From assembly GCA_943354165.1 (NCBI GenBank), contig CALRBH010000007.1, forward strand, positions 1 to 41,303: DNA of 41,303 bases, given 5' to 3'. The translations under genes were made by a program, and so were the position numbers. Position 1 is the stretch's first letter; each line of letters starts with the position of its first letter. Origin of the DNA: Candidatus Uhrbacteria bacterium RIFOXYB12_FULL_58_10. GTDB taxonomy: Bacteria; Patescibacteriota; Patescibacteriia; UBA9934; GWF2-40-263. Positions 38,483 to 41,303 of the stretch are shown one piece after another. The notes under the pieces were generated by a model. That model did no database searches. It was not told the origin of the DNA and was given only the letters and a program-made list of their open reading frames with translations.

Positions 38483-38749
38483 ATGGATACTATAACCATA
38501 CACACGATTGCTGTCATTGCGTTTATTATCTGGAGTTTTCCTCTGGGATTTTTTCGGAGTCGATTTAGGAAGATGGTCTATCAAACCGATAGCTGGTGGA
38601 TTAATGTAAAGCCCGTTTTTTGGGAGGAGATCAAAGTAATTTTTGACTTTCATCAGCGCACGAAGAGGGCAGAGTTGCGGGTGATTAATTTCTATCGTTT
38701 TTATCTGATCGCATACTTCGCTATTTTTATTTTGATACGATCAACCTGA
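38483..38749 (+). CDS. Small membrane hypothetical protein
   Basis: 88 aa with two hydrophobic ends; directly upstream of the photolyase. Confidence 0.6.
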   Translation: MDTITIHTIAVIAFIIWSFPLGFFRSRFRKMVYQTDSWWINVKPVFWEEIKVIFDFHQRTKRAELRVINFYRFYLIAYFAIFILIRST

Positions 38750-38752
38750 TAG

Positions 38753-40213
38753 ATGAATACTATGAAAGAAGCAACATTAGTCTACCCTCATCAACTTTTT
38801 ATAAAATCACCGGCTATACAAAAAGCACGCATTATTTTTTTGATTGAAGAGCCGTTGATTCTGTCGCGGAACCCTATCCATTATCAAAAGCTAATTTTGC
38901 ACAAATTAAGTATGAGTGCATATGGAGAGCTTTTGAAAAAAGAGGGGTACAAAGTAAAATGTCTGACGATTGAACAGTATCCGAAGACGAAAGATTTTTT
39001 TGATTATTTAAAAAAAGAAGGGATACAAGAACTTCATATTGTCGATACTAGTGACTTCTATTTGGAGCAGGCTATAACAGCTTCCAAGATAAAGCGGGTT
39101 TGGTATGAGTCACCACTTTTTATTTTGCCAAAGGAGGAATCAATAGCAAGATACAAAAGCTCAAAGAAAAATATGGCGATGTTCTACAAGAAAATTCGAG
39201 AGGACTTGGGTATCATGATGGACGAACATGGAAAGCCCAGAGGGGGCGCGTGGAGCTTTGATGTAGATAATCGAAAAAAACTTGCTCGAGATACAACTCT
39301 CCCCGAGGATATTGTTTTTGAAAATGATTTTGAAGTATTAAAAATGAAGAAGTGGCTCGATACAATACAAGCTGAAAAATATGGAGAGATAGCGTGCTGG
39401 CTACCATGTACACACAAGGATGCCGAAAAATTTTTACAGGTGTTTTTAGAAGACCGCTTTGCACATTTTGGTGTGTATGAAGATGCGCTTTCTACGAAAA
39501 GCGTAAGGCTCTTTCATTCGACATTGTCAGCGCTTATAAATATTGGATTGCTCGAACCGAGACAGGTAATCGATAGGGCAATAGTGTATGCAGATACTCA
39601 CGCTATACCTATAAATTCACTCGAAGGTTTTGTGCGACAGATTATTGGGTGGCGTGAGTTTATGCGTGCTTCCTATGAGTGTGATGGTGCCGTCATGCGC
39701 ACGAAAAATTTTTGGAAACATTCCCGTCGCTTGCCAATAGGATTTTGGACTGGAGATACTGGTATTGCTCCGGTCGACAGCGCTATCAAGAAAGCTCTGC
39801 ACTATGGATACAATCATCATATCGAACGATTAATGGTTATCGGTAACTTTATGTTACTTTCTCAAGTCAATCCTAATCATGTGTATCAATGGTTTATGGC
39901 AATGTACGTAGATGCGTATGATTGGGTAATGGTACCAAATATATATGGGATGAGTCAGTTCGCTGATGGTGGTATTTTTGCCACCAAACCGTATATCTCT
40001 GGTAGCAATTATATTAAAAAAATGTCAGATTATCCCGGGGGCGGCTGGGAAGAGAAGTGGACTGCGCTGTATTGGAACTTCATAGCTAATCACCGTGACT
40101 TTTTCAGAAGCAACCATCGACTGTCGATGATGCCGAGACTTTTTGACAAGATGGAAAAGAAGAAGAAAGAGAATTATTTGAAAATGGCAAAGGAGTATCT
40201 GTCAGAAAAATAA
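38753..40213 (+). CDS. Cryptochrome/photolyase family, PhrB/CryB-type (6-4) photolyase-related
   Basis: LVYPHQLF, HYQKLILH, PRGGAWSFD..NRK, FGVYEDA, EGFVRQIIGWREF, HHIERLM, YVDAYDWVM.PN, TKPYISGSNYI.KMSDY. Confidence 0.92.
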   Translation: MNTMKEATLVYPHQLFIKSPAIQKARIIFLIEEPLILSRNPIHYQKLILHKLSMSAYGELLKKEGYKVKCLTIEQYPKTKDFFDYLKKEGIQELHIVDTSDFYLEQAITASKIKRVWYESPLFILPKEESIARYKSSKKNMAMFYKKIREDLGIMMDEHGKPRGGAWSFDVDNRKKLARDTTLPEDIVFENDFEVLKMKKWLDTIQAEKYGEIACWLPCTHKDAEKFLQVFLEDRFAHFGVYEDALSTKSVRLFHSTLSALINIGLLEPRQVIDRAIVYADTHAIPINSLEGFVRQIIGWREFMRASYECDGAVMRTKNFWKHSRRLPIGFWTGDTGIAPVDSAIKKALHYGYNHHIERLMVIGNFMLLSQVNPNHVYQWFMAMYVDAYDWVMVPNIYGMSQFADGGIFATKPYISGSNYIKKMSDYPGGGWEEKWTALYWNFIANHRDFFRSNHRLSMMPRLFDKMEKKKKENYLKMAKEYLSEK

Positions 40214-40306
40214 TTTCATGTACGACTGGTCCTCGACTCTAATCAAACCGACAGGCCTGTCCGTCCGCGGCATTATCGGAGGCGGAGGACCAGAGATAGA
40301 ATCATT

Positions 40307-40711
40307 ATGAACGAACCGACACGATATCAAGCGCTGATAAAACCATCTTGGAGCCCACCGGGCTGGCTCTTCGGGCCGGTATGGACGGTTTTGTATGCGA
40401 TTATCGCCGTGTCTTTCGGCACGGTATTTTACAAAGCATTTACCAAGCAGATTCCATGGATCGTGGCATTGCCGTTCGCGCTCAACGTACTTTTCAATTT
40501 CGCCTTCCCGCCGATACAATTCCGCTTGGTAAATAATTTCTTAGCGTCCATCGACATTTTACTTGTGGTCGGCACGCTTATCTGGGCACTTTACGCCGTT
40601 TGGCATGCATCGCCCGAACTCAGCTGGGTCGTCTATGCCAATATCCCGTATCTCTTATGGGTGTCATTCGCCACTTGCGTGCAATTAAATATAACGTATC
40701 TAAATAAATGA
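40307..40711 (+). CDS. tspO: TspO/MBR tryptophan-rich sensory protein
   Basis: LIKPSWSPPGWLFGPVWTVLY, PYLLWVSFAT. Confidence 0.9.
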   Translation: MNEPTRYQALIKPSWSPPGWLFGPVWTVLYAIIAVSFGTVFYKAFTKQIPWIVALPFALNVLFNFAFPPIQFRLVNNFLASIDILLVVGTLIWALYAVWHASPELSWVVYANIPYLLWVSFATCVQLNITYLNK

Positions 40712-40714
40712 CAC

Positions 40715-41293
40715 ATGTCATTACATATCAAAATAATTTTAGCGAGCGTGCGTCAGGGCAGATTCGGCGACAAGCCTGCGGAGTGGATTACGACGATTGC
40801 CAGAGAAAAAGAAGAATTATCGGTCGAGTTGCTTGATCTTAGGGATTATTCCCTTCCGATTTTTCAAGAGGCCGTGTCACCAATGCAAATCAAAGGAGAG
40901 TATGGAACACCGGAAATAAATCGCTGGGCAGAAAAAATTGCCGAAGCAGACGGATTTGTCGTTGTCACTCCCGAATACAATCACGGCTACCCGTCCTCGT
41001 TAAAAAATAATATCGATTACCTCTATAAGGAATGGAACGACAAACCCGTTTGCTTTGTCGGTTACGGTTCAACGGGAGGCGCTCGGGTGATTCAGCAATT
41101 ACGCCAGGTTTCAACCGAACTACAGATGGCCCCCATTAGAAACAGTGTGCACATCATGTCTCCGTGGTTTCTGACCGAGACCGACGGCACCCTGAAAGCC
41201 GGGGCGCTCGATGTTTACGTGAAGTCGGCTGAAAGTATGTTGGCGCAGCTCACCTGGTGGGCCGACGCCCTAAAGAAGGCTAGAGAACGATGA
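40715..41293 (+). CDS. NADPH-dependent FMN reductase (flavodoxin-like)
   Basis: ASVRQGR, VTPEYNHGYP..LKN.IDY, WNDKP, YG..GG.R. Confidence 0.9.
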   Translation: MSLHIKIILASVRQGRFGDKPAEWITTIAREKEELSVELLDLRDYSLPIFQEAVSPMQIKGEYGTPEINRWAEKIAEADGFVVVTPEYNHGYPSSLKNNIDYLYKEWNDKPVCFVGYGSTGGARVIQQLRQVSTELQMAPIRNSVHIMSPWFLTETDGTLKAGALDVYVKSAESMLAQLTWWADALKKARER

Positions 41294-41303
41294 GATGAAT
41301 ACG

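Larger units (their letters stand above)
34565..41303 (+). mobile_element. Probable tRNA-adjacent genomic island (stress genes), extends beyond window
   Basis: Begins at the tRNA 3' end; visibly more AT-rich patches; all accessory genes; gene-fragment scars; no integrase within the window. Confidence 0.55.

Overview
This is a 41.3-kb bacterial chromosomal segment, most likely Patescibacteria/CPR (Parcubacteria-like). That placement is inferred from a chromosomal VirD4/HerA-like ATPase, pilM-pilin-pilD, a CTMEAKxCPDGS-motif surface protein, a half-size MFS protein, an orphan PemK and mostly SD-less starts. Positions 1-30300 are a GC-rich housekeeping backbone: dnaX, tRNA-Gln, dusB, Trx+VKOR, beta-CASP RNase, lepA, recJ, rnhA, pilM/pilin/pilD, ligA, gatCA, lgt, TrmB, tRNA-Ser, dnaG-rpoD, ECF sigma, a second RpoD-family sigma and mutY. 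The backbone is peppered with small palindromic and 7/9-mer repeat elements, some inserted in-frame into essential genes. Positions 30300-34400 are accessory: a CarF/TMEM189-like desaturase, an orphan PemK/MazF toxin facing a promoter-driven structured antisense small RNA, a frameshifted surface protein and a GDSL hydrolase. Downstream of tRNA-Asn lies a partly AT-rich mosaic island of light/tetrapyrrole/redox stress genes (SOUL, FeS-less PhrB-type photolyase, TspO, FMN reductase, an uncharacterised conserved protein) with recombination scars. The best novel-system candidates are the PemK + antisense sRNA module and the photo-oxidative island together with CarF. All homology calls come from motif recognition by eye; no searches were run.
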